Assembly: GCA_964595645.1 (NCBI GenBank)
Contig: CAZQQT010000001.1
Coordinates: 128,001 to 192,000, forward strand
Origin: an uncultured Thermococci archaeon
GTDB taxonomy: Archaea; Methanobacteriota_B; Thermococci; Methanofastidiosales; B48-G16
Direction of reading: 5' to 3'
Length of the DNA: 64,000 nucleotides
The notes beneath the pieces are model-generated. The model was not told where the DNA came from. It was given only the letters and a program-made list of their open reading frames with translations, and did not search any database. Positions 9,897 through 19,211 of this stretch are shown here, piece after piece. Numbering within the stretch: position 1 is the stretch's first letter; the number at the start of each line of letters is the position of its first letter. A program made the translations under genes and the position numbers.

Positions 9897-11654
9897 CTAC
9901 GCTTCTTTATAGGACTTTCGCAGTTCTTCGGCTTCTTCCTCAATGTCCTTCTCGATCTGGCTGAACTTCTCCTCGACCTCGTCCTCCGGCACGATCTTCA
10001 TTCGCGCGATCTCTTCTTTCACCTTCATACCTGCGACATCTTCGAACTCGATAGCATCGATAATCTCGGAGAGTTTTTCGTAGAACTTGATACAGATCTT
10101 CAGCATCCGGACCTGCTTTTTCTGAGAACAGTAGGTATCGATATCGTGGAACGCATTCTGTTGGAGGAAGTCCTCCCGCAACATCTTCGCAGCCTCCAAT
10201 GTGAGCCGCTGTTTCTTGGGCAGTGCGTCTGGTCCAACGAGCTGTACGATTTCCTTCAGTTCTTCTTCTTTCTGCAGGATCTGCATGGCTCTTTTCCGCA
10301 ACGCAGCCCAATCCTCCTTTACAGTCTCATTCCACCAATCTTCTACCTCACCGAGGTACAACGAGTACGAGGTCAGCCAATCTATTGCAGGAAAATGTCG
10401 TCTATCCTTCAGCTCTCTGTCCAGGGCCCAGAAGACCTTTGTCACGCGCAGTGTGTTCTGCGTGACAGGCTCCGAGAAATCTGAACCCGGCGGCGAGACA
10501 GCGCCTATCACAGAGAGGGATCCCTCCTTCTCGTTGAGCGTAACGACTCTTCCGGCCCGTTCGTAGAATTCAGCCAGTTTCGATGCAAGATACGCAGGAT
10601 ATCCTTCCTCTCCTGGCATTTCCTCCAGTCTTCCTGAGATCTCTCGCAGTGCTTCAGCCCATCGTGAGGTAGAGTCTGCCATCAACGCGACGCTGTACCC
10701 CATATCTCTGTAGTACTCTGCTATGGTGATCCCTGTATAGATAGACGCTTCTCGTGCTGCCACAGGCATATTTGAGGTATTTGCAATCAGCACCGTCCGC
10801 TCCATCAGTGGTTTTCCTGTTTGTGGGTCCTCCAGCTCCGGGAACTCTCTGAGCACCTCGGTCATCTCATTTCCTCGCTCACCGCATCCCACGTAGATGA
10901 TGACCTCAGCGTCCGCCCATTTCGCGAGCTGATGCTGGATAACCGTTTTTCCAGTTCCAAAACCACCGGGAATTGCAGCTGTTCCACCCTTTGCCACAGG
11001 GAAGAAGGTATCCAGTACCCGCTGTCCTGTAAGCAGTGGAATAGACGGATCAGATTTTTCTGTGACGGGTCGCGGCTGTCGTACCGGCCACTTATGACTC
11101 ATGGCAATTTCTTTCCCATTTACCGTGGCTACCGGGTCATTGACGGTGAACTCACCTTCCTCTATATCATCCAGAGTCCCCTCTCCAAAATTCGGGGGAA
11201 CGAGAATACTGTGTTTGATCAGTTCTGTTTCATCCACGTAGCCGATGACGTCGCCCGAGCTCACTGTATCTCCTTTCTCCTTTGTAGGGATAAAGTGCCA
11301 TTTCTTTTTCTCTGGAATTGCATTCACCTTCACACCCCGCTCGATGAAGGCACCAACCTCTTCCCGTATTAGATTTAACGGCCTCTGCACACCATCGTAT
11401 ATTCCCGAGGTCAGTCCGGGCCCCAGTATAACAGATAGTGGTCTTCCTGTCGGTATTATTTTCTCCCCGGGTGTTAATCCTGTTGTATCCTCATAAACCT
11501 GAATAATCGCTTTGTCTTTTTCTAATTCGATGATCTCCCCCATGAGCTCCTCTTCTCCCACCTTCACGAGTTCATACATTTTACATCCTTTCATACCTTT
11601 CGCTTCAGCAACGGGTCCACTTATTCGTATTATCTTTCCTTCCATACATCTCAC
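9897..11654 (-). CDS. atpA: A/V-type ATP synthase subunit A
   Basis: P-loop [28 protein letters not shown]. Confidence 0.98.
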   Translation of the reverse strand: MRCMEGKIIRISGPVAEAKGMKGCKMYELVKVGEEELMGEIIELEKDKAIIQVYEDTTGLTPGEKIIPTGRPLSVILGPGLTSGIYDGVQRPLNLIREEVGAFIERGVKVNAIPEKKKWHFIPTKEKGDTVSSGDVIGYVDETELIKHSILVPPNFGEGTLDDIEEGEFTVNDPVATVNGKEIAMSHKWPVRQPRPVTEKSDPSIPLLTGQRVLDTFFPVAKGGTAAIPGGFGTGKTVIQHQLAKWADAEVIIYVGCGERGNEMTEVLREFPELEDPQTGKPLMERTVLIANTSNMPVAAREASIYTGITIAEYYRDMGYSVALMADSTSRWAEALREISGRLEEMPGEEGYPAYLASKLAEFYERAGRVVTLNEKEGSLSVIGAVSPPGSDFSEPVTQNTLRVTKVFWALDRELKDRRHFPAIDWLTSYSLYLGEVEDWWNETVKEDWAALRKRAMQILQKEEELKEIVQLVGPDALPKKQRLTLEAAKMLREDFLQQNAFHDIDTYCSQKKQVRMLKICIKFYEKLSEIIDAIEFEDVAGMKVKEEIARMKIVPEDEVEEKFSQIEKDIEEEAEELRKSYKEA

Positions 11655-11923
11655 CTCAGTTCTATGCCGATAGATCGCTTGACTAGTGAAGCTATCGGAT
11701 CTTCCTTTCGTATGCTTCCCTTTTTATCCGGTATTTCAACGATGATTCTTCCTTTTTCTTCAAGTACGTCCAGATCTTCACGCAGTACATCTGCCACCTT
11801 TTCAGTTACGATAATGAAATTTGAGTCTATGTCGTTGATATCCATTCCTTTCTTATATACGTATCCCTTTACACCGACAATGCCGAACGCATTCACGGTA
11901 TCTTCATCCCCTATGACAATCAT
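11651..11923 (-). CDS. atpF: A/V-type ATP synthase subunit F
   Basis: [23 protein letters not shown]; operon position. Confidence 0.9.
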   Translation of the reverse strand: MIVIGDEDTVNAFGIVGVKGYVYKKGMDINDIDSNFIIVTEKVADVLREDLDVLEEKGRIIVEIPDKKGSIRKEDPIASLVKRSIGIELR

Positions 11924-12918
11924 ACTATCACGTCCTCTACTATCTCTTCACACTCTTCCTTCTTCGCCGCGTATACACCCAGGGCATCATTCACTTCCTT
12001 CTCCCGCAGATGGATGTAGTACAGCGCCTTCCCTGCAGCATACGGGTGGAGCGATGCCATACGTTTCACCCGTTTCATGAAGTATTTTTTCAGCTCTTTT
12101 TCAAATATGAATAATGATCCGGTGTCTACATATTTCTCTCGCAAATCAGAGAGAAACTTATACTTTGTGTCTGTGAGGAGATCCAGTACTCCCTCTACAT
12201 CTCGGGCCTCAGCAAGGTTTTTGAGTTTCCACTGCTGGAGTTCGTATCCAATGGGGATGACGTAGTCAAGTACATCCTCAACGCCATACTTTTTTAACCG
12301 GAGGATCGTGAGAAGATTCCTGATATCTACCTCAGTTTTTACGTACTGCTTGAGGAGGGTTGCGTTTTTTGTATCTGTTTTTTGGGCGGCGGCAAGCAGT
12401 TCTTTGTAATAGACAAAGTCTATGTCTCGCTCTATCTCCGCTGGAGGTCTTTCGAAGGAGAGGTTCTCGTAGACTGTCCCTTCGAGTTTTGAGCTGTACT
12501 CTGAGAGGGGCGTTTCTCGAAGTTTCCGTATCATTTCCCGGGTAAAAATCCCGTAGGGTTCCGGCTCACTGCCCCTCACCATCTTTTTGAGGACCTCTTT
12601 TTCATACCGAAGGTCGAGTTTCCGAAAGAATACCTCCACACTATCAGGCGATGATCCTGTAACCTTTTTAAAGTCTTTCTTATAATCTTTATCAAATTTC
12701 GTCATAAAATTCTCAAGCTCGTAAATATCCATTTCTTTTATTTTTGATGAATCCTGTACCTTGCTCTTTAATCCAGAGATTTTCGCGTTAAAAAATCCAA
12801 AAGAAGCGATATCAAGGATTTCTTTGAAAATTCCAATAAATATGATGATGCCTATGGATACGGCAACTGCTATCAGTACGACGAATACCGTTATGTCCAT
12901 TGTTACATCCATTGTCAT
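11920..12918 (-). CDS. atpC: A/V-type ATP synthase subunit C (d) with N-terminal TM helix
   Basis: NAKI, EVDIRNLLTILRLK, REKEVN motifs; operon position. Confidence 0.85.
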   Translation of the reverse strand: MTMDVTMDITVFVVLIAVAVSIGIIIFIGIFKEILDIASFGFFNAKISGLKSKVQDSSKIKEMDIYELENFMTKFDKDYKKDFKKVTGSSPDSVEVFFRKLDLRYEKEVLKKMVRGSEPEPYGIFTREMIRKLRETPLSEYSSKLEGTVYENLSFERPPAEIERDIDFVYYKELLAAAQKTDTKNATLLKQYVKTEVDIRNLLTILRLKKYGVEDVLDYVIPIGYELQQWKLKNLAEARDVEGVLDLLTDTKYKFLSDLREKYVDTGSLFIFEKELKKYFMKRVKRMASLHPYAAGKALYYIHLREKEVNDALGVYAAKKEECEEIVEDVIV

Positions 12919-13472
12919 TCACTCTCAAACAATATCTGAGCTATTCCGACCCTCAGATCTTTCTTTTTCCTTTCCATAAGCTTTTTAATTCGATTATCTA
13001 CTGTGAGGCTTCCATCTTTTTTTCTTACAATAACACCAGGTTCCTCAATACTCTCTTCTGCGAGTTCGTATTCTTCGACGAACTTCCTGTCCTCCTCTCT
13101 GACTATTACTTCATACTCTTCTATCTCGGCGTCCTCGATTAATTTTTTCAGGAGATCCTCATACACGGACTTGTCCTTCACAATTCGGTCACTTACCTCA
13201 GATATTACCTTTGAGATGAGCGCATCTTTTTTGTTCAGTATCTTACTTTTCGTTTCAAGATTTTTTGAAGAAAGTATCCGCTGTTTTTCCAGTTCAGCTT
13301 CTTTTTTTCCTTGTTTTATTATTTCTTCTTTTTTTCCTTCTCCTTTCTCTTTCGCTTTTTTGAGCAGTTTTTTCCGTTCTTTCTCTATTTTTTTGTTTAT
13401 TTCTTCGATTTCTTTTTCTGCATCCTTTTCTATTTTATTGAGTATTTTTTCGAGGCTCATTTTCTCACCCAA
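12915..13472 (-). CDS. atpE: A/V-type ATP synthase subunit E
   Basis: Coiled-coil N-terminus, GVIVRKKDGSLTVDN, IAQILF; start may be MSLEK at 13460. Confidence 0.9.
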   Translation of the reverse strand: MGEKMSLEKILNKIEKDAEKEIEEINKKIEKERKKLLKKAKEKGEGKKEEIIKQGKKEAELEKQRILSSKNLETKSKILNKKDALISKVISEVSDRIVKDKSVYEDLLKKLIEDAEIEEYEVIVREEDRKFVEEYELAEESIEEPGVIVRKKDGSLTVDNRIKKLMERKKKDLRVGIAQILFESE

Positions 13473-16365
13473 ATAGATTCAATCCGTAGAGGATCAGTAT
13501 CGCGATAAGGAGTCCAAAGATAGCAAAGGTCTCCGACATCACGGAGAATATCATACCCTTGCTGAAGGCTTCACTGTTTTTCATTGTGGCTGTAATGCTC
13601 CCTCCTGCAGTAATCCCTTGTCCGATGGCGGAAACTCCAGCGATTCCGGCGGCAAGTCCTGTACCAACAATGGCAATACCGGTGACATACTCTAGTTCGA
13701 TAGCTCCCGAAAGCAGACCTGTGAAATATAATATCAAAATTGCAACCAACAATCCGTAGATCGCCTGTGTCTCGGGTAACACCGAGAACACCATCCCCTT
13801 GCCAAACATTTCATCCTTCTCGGTGACAGATGATACTCCGGATCCAGCTGCAATTCCTTGACCGATACCAGAAAGACCTGCCACACCAATAGAAAGCCCT
13901 GCGCCAACACATGCGATCCCTACACTCAATGGTATTTCTTTGACGACACCCGACAATAGTCCTGTGAAATAGAGGATAAGTATTGCAATGAGCAATCCAT
14001 AGATAGCTTGGGTCTCAGGCAAGACTGAGAATACCATTCCTTTTCCAAACATCTCGTCCTTCTCGGTGACAGATGATACTCCAGAGCTGGCTGCGATCCC
14101 CTGCCCAATGGCAGACAATCCAGCGACGCCGATGGAAAGCCCTGCGCCAACACATGCGATCCCTACGGCTAGTGGAATTTCTTTAATCGTTCCTGATAAT
14201 AACCCTGTAAAATAGAGGATAAGTATTGCAATGAGCAATCCATAGATAGCTTGGGTCTCAGGCAAGACTGAGAATACCATTCCTTTTCCAAACATCTCGT
14301 CCTTCTCGGTGACAGATGATACTCCAGAGCTGGCTGCGATCCCCTGCCCGATACCAGAGAGTCCAGCGACGCCGATGGAAAGCCCTGCGCCAACACATGC
14401 GATCCCTACGGCTAGTGGAATTTCTTTAATCGTTCCTGATAATAACCCTGTAAAATAGAGGATAAGTATTGCAATGAGCAATCCATAGATAGCTTGGGTC
14501 TCAGGCAAGACTGAGAATACCATTCCTTTTCCAAACATCTCGTCCTTCTCGGTGACAGATGATACTCCAGAGCTGGCTGCGATCCCCTGCCCAATGGCAG
14601 ACAATCCAGCGACGCCGATGGAAAGCCCTGCGCCAACACATGCGATCCCTACACTCAATGGTATTTCTTTGACGACACCCGACAATAGTCCTGTGAAGTA
14701 TAATACGAGTATCGCGATTAATAGTCCGTAGATCGCCTGTGTCTCGGGTAACACCGAGAACACCATCCCCTTGCCAAACATTTCATCCTTCTCGGTGACA
14801 GATGATACTCCGGATCCAGCTGCAATTCCTTGACCGATACCAGAAAGACCTGCCACACCAATAGAAAGCCCTGCGCCAACACATGCGATCCCTACACTCA
14901 ATGGTATTTCTTTGACGACACCCGACAATAGTCCTGTGAAATAGAGGATAAGTATTGCAATGAGCAATCCATAGATAGCTTGGGTCTCAGGCAAGACTGA
15001 GAATACCATTCCTTTTCCAAACATCTCGTCCTTCTCGGTGACAGATGATACTCCAGAGCTGGCTGCGATCCCCTGCCCGATACCAGAGAGTCCAGCGACG
15101 CCGATGGAAAGACCTGCGCCGATACACGCAACCCCAATACTCAACGGTAGTTTTTCGACCCTTCCTGAAAGCAGACCTGTGAAATATAGTATCAAAATTG
15201 CAATCAATAGTCCGTAGATCGCCTGTGTCTCGGGTAACACCGAGAACACCATCCCCTTGCCAAACATTTCATCCTTCTCGGTGACAGATGCAACACCCGA
15301 TCCAGCTGCAATGCCCTGCCCAATGGCAGACAATCCAGCGACGCCGATGGAAAGCCCTGCGCCTACGCATGCGATCCCGATAGAGAGGGGAAGCTCTTCA
15401 ATTGTTCCTGATAATAACCCTGTAAAATAGAGGATAAGTATTGCAATGAGCAATCCATAGATAGCTTGGGTCTCAGGCAAGACTGAGAATACCATTCCTT
15501 TTCCAAACATCTCGTCCTTCTCGGTGACAGATGATACTCCAGAGCTGGCTGCGATCCCCTGCCCAATGGCAGACAATCCAGCGACGCCGATGGAAAGACC
15601 TGCGCCGATACACGCAACCCCAATACTCAACGGTAGTTTTTCGACCCTTCCTGAAAGCAGACCTGTGAAATATAGTATCAAAATTGCAATCAATAGTCCG
15701 TAGATCGCCTGTGTCTCGGGTAACACCGAGAACACCATCCCCTTGCCAAACATTTCATCCTTCTCGGTGACACTGGCAATGGCAGATGAAGCTGCGGCGC
15801 CTTGCCCCATGGCCGAGAGTTTTGTCACACCAACGGCGATGCCTGCACCGATACAGCCGAGACCTACAGGAACATTCTCTATTAACTCTCCGCTCATGAT
15901 ACCTGAGAAGTATAAGATGAGGATGGCAACCAACAATCCGTAAATCGCTTGTGTCTCGGGGAGGATAGAGAACACCATGCTCTTTCCTAATGTATCTTCT
16001 CTTTCAGAGACGGAAAGGATTCCGGATCCAGCTGCAATGCCCTGCCCAATGGCAGAGAATCCAGCAAATCCCACAGCAATTCCTGCGCCAAGACATGCAA
16101 GTCCAGTGGCAAGAGGGATTTCACTGGCACCTGAGACCACGCCTGTTTGGACGATTATCAGGACAGCGGTTAGCAATCCATAGATCCCCTGAGTTTGCGG
16201 GAGTGCTTGGAACATTAGCGCTCTGGAGAACTTTGACGAGTCTTCAGCGACAATTCGTGCACCCATACTTCCTGAAATTCCAGTACCGATACCCGAACCG
16301 AGTCCTGCTCCGCCTACGGCAATTCCCGCCCCTATCGCACAGAGTGCGGCTCCTTCAGTGATCAC
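13465..16365 (-). CDS. atpK: A-type ATP synthase subunit c/K with 12 fused helical hairpins (966 aa)
   Basis: 12 copies of an ~81-aa proteolipid hairpin; GQG and PETQAIYG in hairpins 2-11; located between atpI and atpE. Confidence 0.95.
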   Translation of the reverse strand: MITEGAALCAIGAGIAVGGAGLGSGIGTGISGSMGARIVAEDSSKFSRALMFQALPQTQGIYGLLTAVLIIVQTGVVSGASEIPLATGLACLGAGIAVGFAGFSAIGQGIAAGSGILSVSEREDTLGKSMVFSILPETQAIYGLLVAILILYFSGIMSGELIENVPVGLGCIGAGIAVGVTKLSAMGQGAAASSAIASVTEKDEMFGKGMVFSVLPETQAIYGLLIAILILYFTGLLSGRVEKLPLSIGVACIGAGLSIGVAGLSAIGQGIAASSGVSSVTEKDEMFGKGMVFSVLPETQAIYGLLIAILILYFTGLLSGTIEELPLSIGIACVGAGLSIGVAGLSAIGQGIAAGSGVASVTEKDEMFGKGMVFSVLPETQAIYGLLIAILILYFTGLLSGRVEKLPLSIGVACIGAGLSIGVAGLSGIGQGIAASSGVSSVTEKDEMFGKGMVFSVLPETQAIYGLLIAILILYFTGLLSGVVKEIPLSVGIACVGAGLSIGVAGLSGIGQGIAAGSGVSSVTEKDEMFGKGMVFSVLPETQAIYGLLIAILVLYFTGLLSGVVKEIPLSVGIACVGAGLSIGVAGLSAIGQGIAASSGVSSVTEKDEMFGKGMVFSVLPETQAIYGLLIAILILYFTGLLSGTIKEIPLAVGIACVGAGLSIGVAGLSGIGQGIAASSGVSSVTEKDEMFGKGMVFSVLPETQAIYGLLIAILILYFTGLLSGTIKEIPLAVGIACVGAGLSIGVAGLSAIGQGIAASSGVSSVTEKDEMFGKGMVFSVLPETQAIYGLLIAILILYFTGLLSGVVKEIPLSVGIACVGAGLSIGVAGLSGIGQGIAAGSGVSSVTEKDEMFGKGMVFSVLPETQAIYGLLVAILILYFTGLLSGAIELEYVTGIAIVGTGLAAGIAGVSAIGQGITAGGSITATMKNSEAFSKGMIFSVMSETFAIFGLLIAILILYGLNLFG
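13700..15780. repeat. 243-bp intragenic tandem repeat (c-hairpins 3-11)
   Basis: Anchor block recurs at 13754, 13997, 14240, 14483, 14726, 14969, 15212, 15455, 15698, exactly 243 bp apart. Confidence 0.95.
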
Positions 16366-18236
16366 TCAACCACCTCAGTGAGCTTTCTTTCCATTTTAAA
16401 CGGTGTGAATTCTTTTCCTCCGCTTTCGTAGAACTTCGAGAAAAACTCCACGTAATGAAGCCTGAGGGAGTGGACAAAGGATCCAAGCGCTTCCAAAACG
16501 AAGTTGAAGAGTTGACCACCGATAAAGACAATAACTGCAAGGATGATTCCCATGATGGGGAATCCGTATACCATTTTGGCGACAATATTTACCGTCATGG
16601 CAATCCCCGATGTTGCGAGTGCTAGAGCCAAAATTCGTGCATAGGAGAGCCAATCTCCCAAAAATCCTGTGAACTCGAAAAATGAGAGACCTTTTTTATC
16701 ATACGCTATCATTAGCGCACCGATGCCAGCACATACAATTCCAACAGTGTTCACTGTATCGGAGATAGTGAACCACTGGAAGAACTTTCCGATAAGGATT
16801 CCTCCACCTATCTGTGCGAAGTACCAGCTCACGTTCTCTAGGATAGCAGATTTGTATTTTTTGTCCATGATGTTGTTGGCCATTCCCAGTGTAATTCCAA
16901 TATTTAAATGGACAATACCGAGTATCAACGCCAGTTTTAAGATAGTCATCGGGTCGTTTATGGGATTTACCAGAGCGGGGAGCTGATACCCACCGTAATC
17001 GAGAATATCTCCAAAATAACTCCCCATCGCGATACCAGCGATCATTGTTGCTATACCGCAGGTGAGGAGGATGTAGGAAAAGTCTCGCATTCCTTTACTC
17101 TTTTTTCCTGCACCCTTGTAGAGAAAGAACGCGATTACTGTTTGTATGAATCCGTAGAAAAAATCTCCAAACATGATTGCATAAAAAAGTATATAAATCG
17201 GGGCGACGATGAATGTAGGATCGATCTCCGAGTACTTTGGTGTTCCGAACATATTTACGAGCATTTCGTATGGGCGTATTGGCGCAGGATTGGAGAGAGT
17301 AACAGGAGGATCCTCATTTTCCACTGTCTCTAGATGACAGTATCCCTCTGTAGTAGTTTCCACTTCTTCACTAAGCTTTTTTACTTCTTTTTCAGGTACA
17401 TACCCTGTAATGGCAATTGTTTTCTCAGTTCTCCCAAATTTTGTTGGGATATCTGCTCTCTCTTTTTCTATTTCCAAAATTTCTTGATATGCCTTAAAAG
17501 GGACTTCTTTCTTCTCCTTTGTTTCTTTTATTTCTTTTTCACATTCTTCTATTTCTTCCTCATGATTTTTTATTTCTTTTTCTATTCTTTTGAGGTTTTC
17601 GTTTGGTGTTCCTGTTTTATCCAGTTTTATCACACTTATTTTACCCTGCACCATATTCATTTTATCGGTAGGGACAATTACAAGAGAATACTCTCCTTTT
17701 TTATACACTTCTATTTCATCATCTTCTATTTCTTCTTTGAGTTTTCCTATAGCGATATAGATGAATTTTCCTCTCCCTAAATATTTTAGATCTATATCGA
17801 ACTTTATTTCTGAGAGCAGTGCATGTTCACTCTGAAGATACTCTATTTTTTCCCTCTTTTTCCTTATTTTTTCAGAAATATTTTCTATCCGATCGTAGAT
17901 TTTCTCGATCTCGTTGGAACGCTCTTCTAAAAATGTGTCGAACTCTGGGAATTTCCGTGTTTCCTTCTCTTTGTAACGTAAATACTCGTTTAAAAGAGAG
18001 GTTACCTGTTCTTTTTTTGTTTTTTCTTCTTTTATTAAAGAAAAAGTTTCAAATATCCTTTCTATTTTTGTTAAAAGAGAGTTTATTTCTCGTGAATGTT
18101 CTAGAGGAGCATCTTTCCCCATTTCAGCGGTACTGATTTGCATTACGCCCTTTTTGTGGAGATATTCTATTATTTTTTGCCCATATTCTTCTGTAGAAAT
18201 GATAAGAATTTTATTCATCCTCTGGGGCAGGAACAT
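16362..18236 (-). CDS. atpI: A/V-type ATP synthase subunit a/I
   Basis: PKYSEIDPT, MFGD, LSYARILAL (conserved Arg), HSLRLHYVEFFSKFY. Confidence 0.97.
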   Translation of the reverse strand: MFLPQRMNKILIISTEEYGQKIIEYLHKKGVMQISTAEMGKDAPLEHSREINSLLTKIERIFETFSLIKEEKTKKEQVTSLLNEYLRYKEKETRKFPEFDTFLEERSNEIEKIYDRIENISEKIRKKREKIEYLQSEHALLSEIKFDIDLKYLGRGKFIYIAIGKLKEEIEDDEIEVYKKGEYSLVIVPTDKMNMVQGKISVIKLDKTGTPNENLKRIEKEIKNHEEEIEECEKEIKETKEKKEVPFKAYQEILEIEKERADIPTKFGRTEKTIAITGYVPEKEVKKLSEEVETTTEGYCHLETVENEDPPVTLSNPAPIRPYEMLVNMFGTPKYSEIDPTFIVAPIYILFYAIMFGDFFYGFIQTVIAFFLYKGAGKKSKGMRDFSYILLTCGIATMIAGIAMGSYFGDILDYGGYQLPALVNPINDPMTILKLALILGIVHLNIGITLGMANNIMDKKYKSAILENVSWYFAQIGGGILIGKFFQWFTISDTVNTVGIVCAGIGALMIAYDKKGLSFFEFTGFLGDWLSYARILALALATSGIAMTVNIVAKMVYGFPIMGIILAVIVFIGGQLFNFVLEALGSFVHSLRLHYVEFFSKFYESGGKEFTPFKMERKLTEVVE

Positions 18237-18240
18237 CGAT

Positions 18241-18552
18241 TCACCTTTGCGTTATCTTTTCGAGACAGTATTCTATTGCTCTTTCCCAGTTTTTTTCTGC
18301 TTTTTCTTCTATATCTTTTAGTTTTTGTGCGCTCTGTTTTTCTATTTCCTTCGCCTTTGCTTCAGCTTCTTTTTTTTTCTGTTCTTTTATACGTTCTACC
18401 TCTCTTTTTGCATCTTCGGTAGCATCGTTTATGATCTCCTCGCTTTTTTTGTGTATTTTATTTAGTTCCGTTTCCATTCTTTCCTCGACTTCTTCCACTC
18501 TCTTTTTTGCTTTTTCTTCAGCATTCCTCACTTTTTCGACTGTTTCTTCCAC
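18241..18552 (-). CDS. atpH: A/V-type ATP synthase subunit H/G (peripheral stalk)
   Basis: 103-aa Glu/Lys/Ala coiled coil directly before atpI. Confidence 0.8.
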   Translation of the reverse strand: MEETVEKVRNAEEKAKKRVEEVEERMETELNKIHKKSEEIINDATEDAKREVERIKEQKKKEAEAKAKEIEKQSAQKLKDIEEKAEKNWERAIEYCLEKITQR

Positions 18553-18556
18553 AGGA

Positions 18557-19210
18557 TCACTCCATGAACATCTTTTTTACAAGGGGTACAACTCGTGCCT
18601 TTGCGAGAACCATGATTCTATCTCCTTCTTTGAGTTCTGTATTCCCTTTTGGGATGGTGAGATCACCTTCCTTGTTGTACACTGCCACAATCAAGAAATC
18701 CCGAGGAGATATGTTTTTAAGTTTTTTCCCTACTACCGGTGAGTTTTCACTTATCCTCATTTCGAGTATTTCGGCCTGACCCTCTGCGAGGACAGTAAGA
18801 TCGATCACATCGGGTTTCATTATCAACTTTTCTATATGAATTGCGGTAGTAAGCTCTGGAGAGACCACAGCACTCACACCGAGTTTTTCGAAGACCTCCC
18901 TGTTTTCGGGATTGGAAGTCCGTGCCACAGCTACAGGAACATCATAATCCTTTGCAAGAAGACATGCCATAAGGTTTATTTCATCCCGTTTTGTCAGGCC
19001 TACTAGTGCGTAGGCATCCTCAATGTTTGCCTCCTCCAATGCCTTTATCGTTGTACCGTCCTCGTTAAGAACAAGCGCATCTACCTCATTTGCAATGAAG
19101 TTAGCCCTCTCTTTATCCTTTTCTATCACGGTGACTTCATGTCCTGCATTTACGAGGAGTTTAGAGAGGTTGAATCCGATTCGCCCTCCTCCAACGATAA
19201 TTACATACAT
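18557..19210 (-). CDS. trkA: Trk potassium uptake NAD-binding subunit
   Basis: GGGRIG Rossmann motif, RCK N and C domains. Confidence 0.9.
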   Translation of the reverse strand: MYVIIVGGGRIGFNLSKLLVNAGHEVTVIEKDKERANFIANEVDALVLNEDGTTIKALEEANIEDAYALVGLTKRDEINLMACLLAKDYDVPVAVARTSNPENREVFEKLGVSAVVSPELTTAIHIEKLIMKPDVIDLTVLAEGQAEILEMRISENSPVVGKKLKNISPRDFLIVAVYNKEGDLTIPKGNTELKEGDRIMVLAKARVVPLVKKMFME

Positions 19211-19211
19211 C

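Noticed and set aside
13926-15623. Repeated 75-86 aa ORFs overlapping atpK
   Set aside because: Alternate-frame shadows of the tandem repeat
13700-15780. Regular repeats as a CRISPR array
   Set aside because: Period is 243 bp, in frame and fully coding, with no unique spacers and no cas genes
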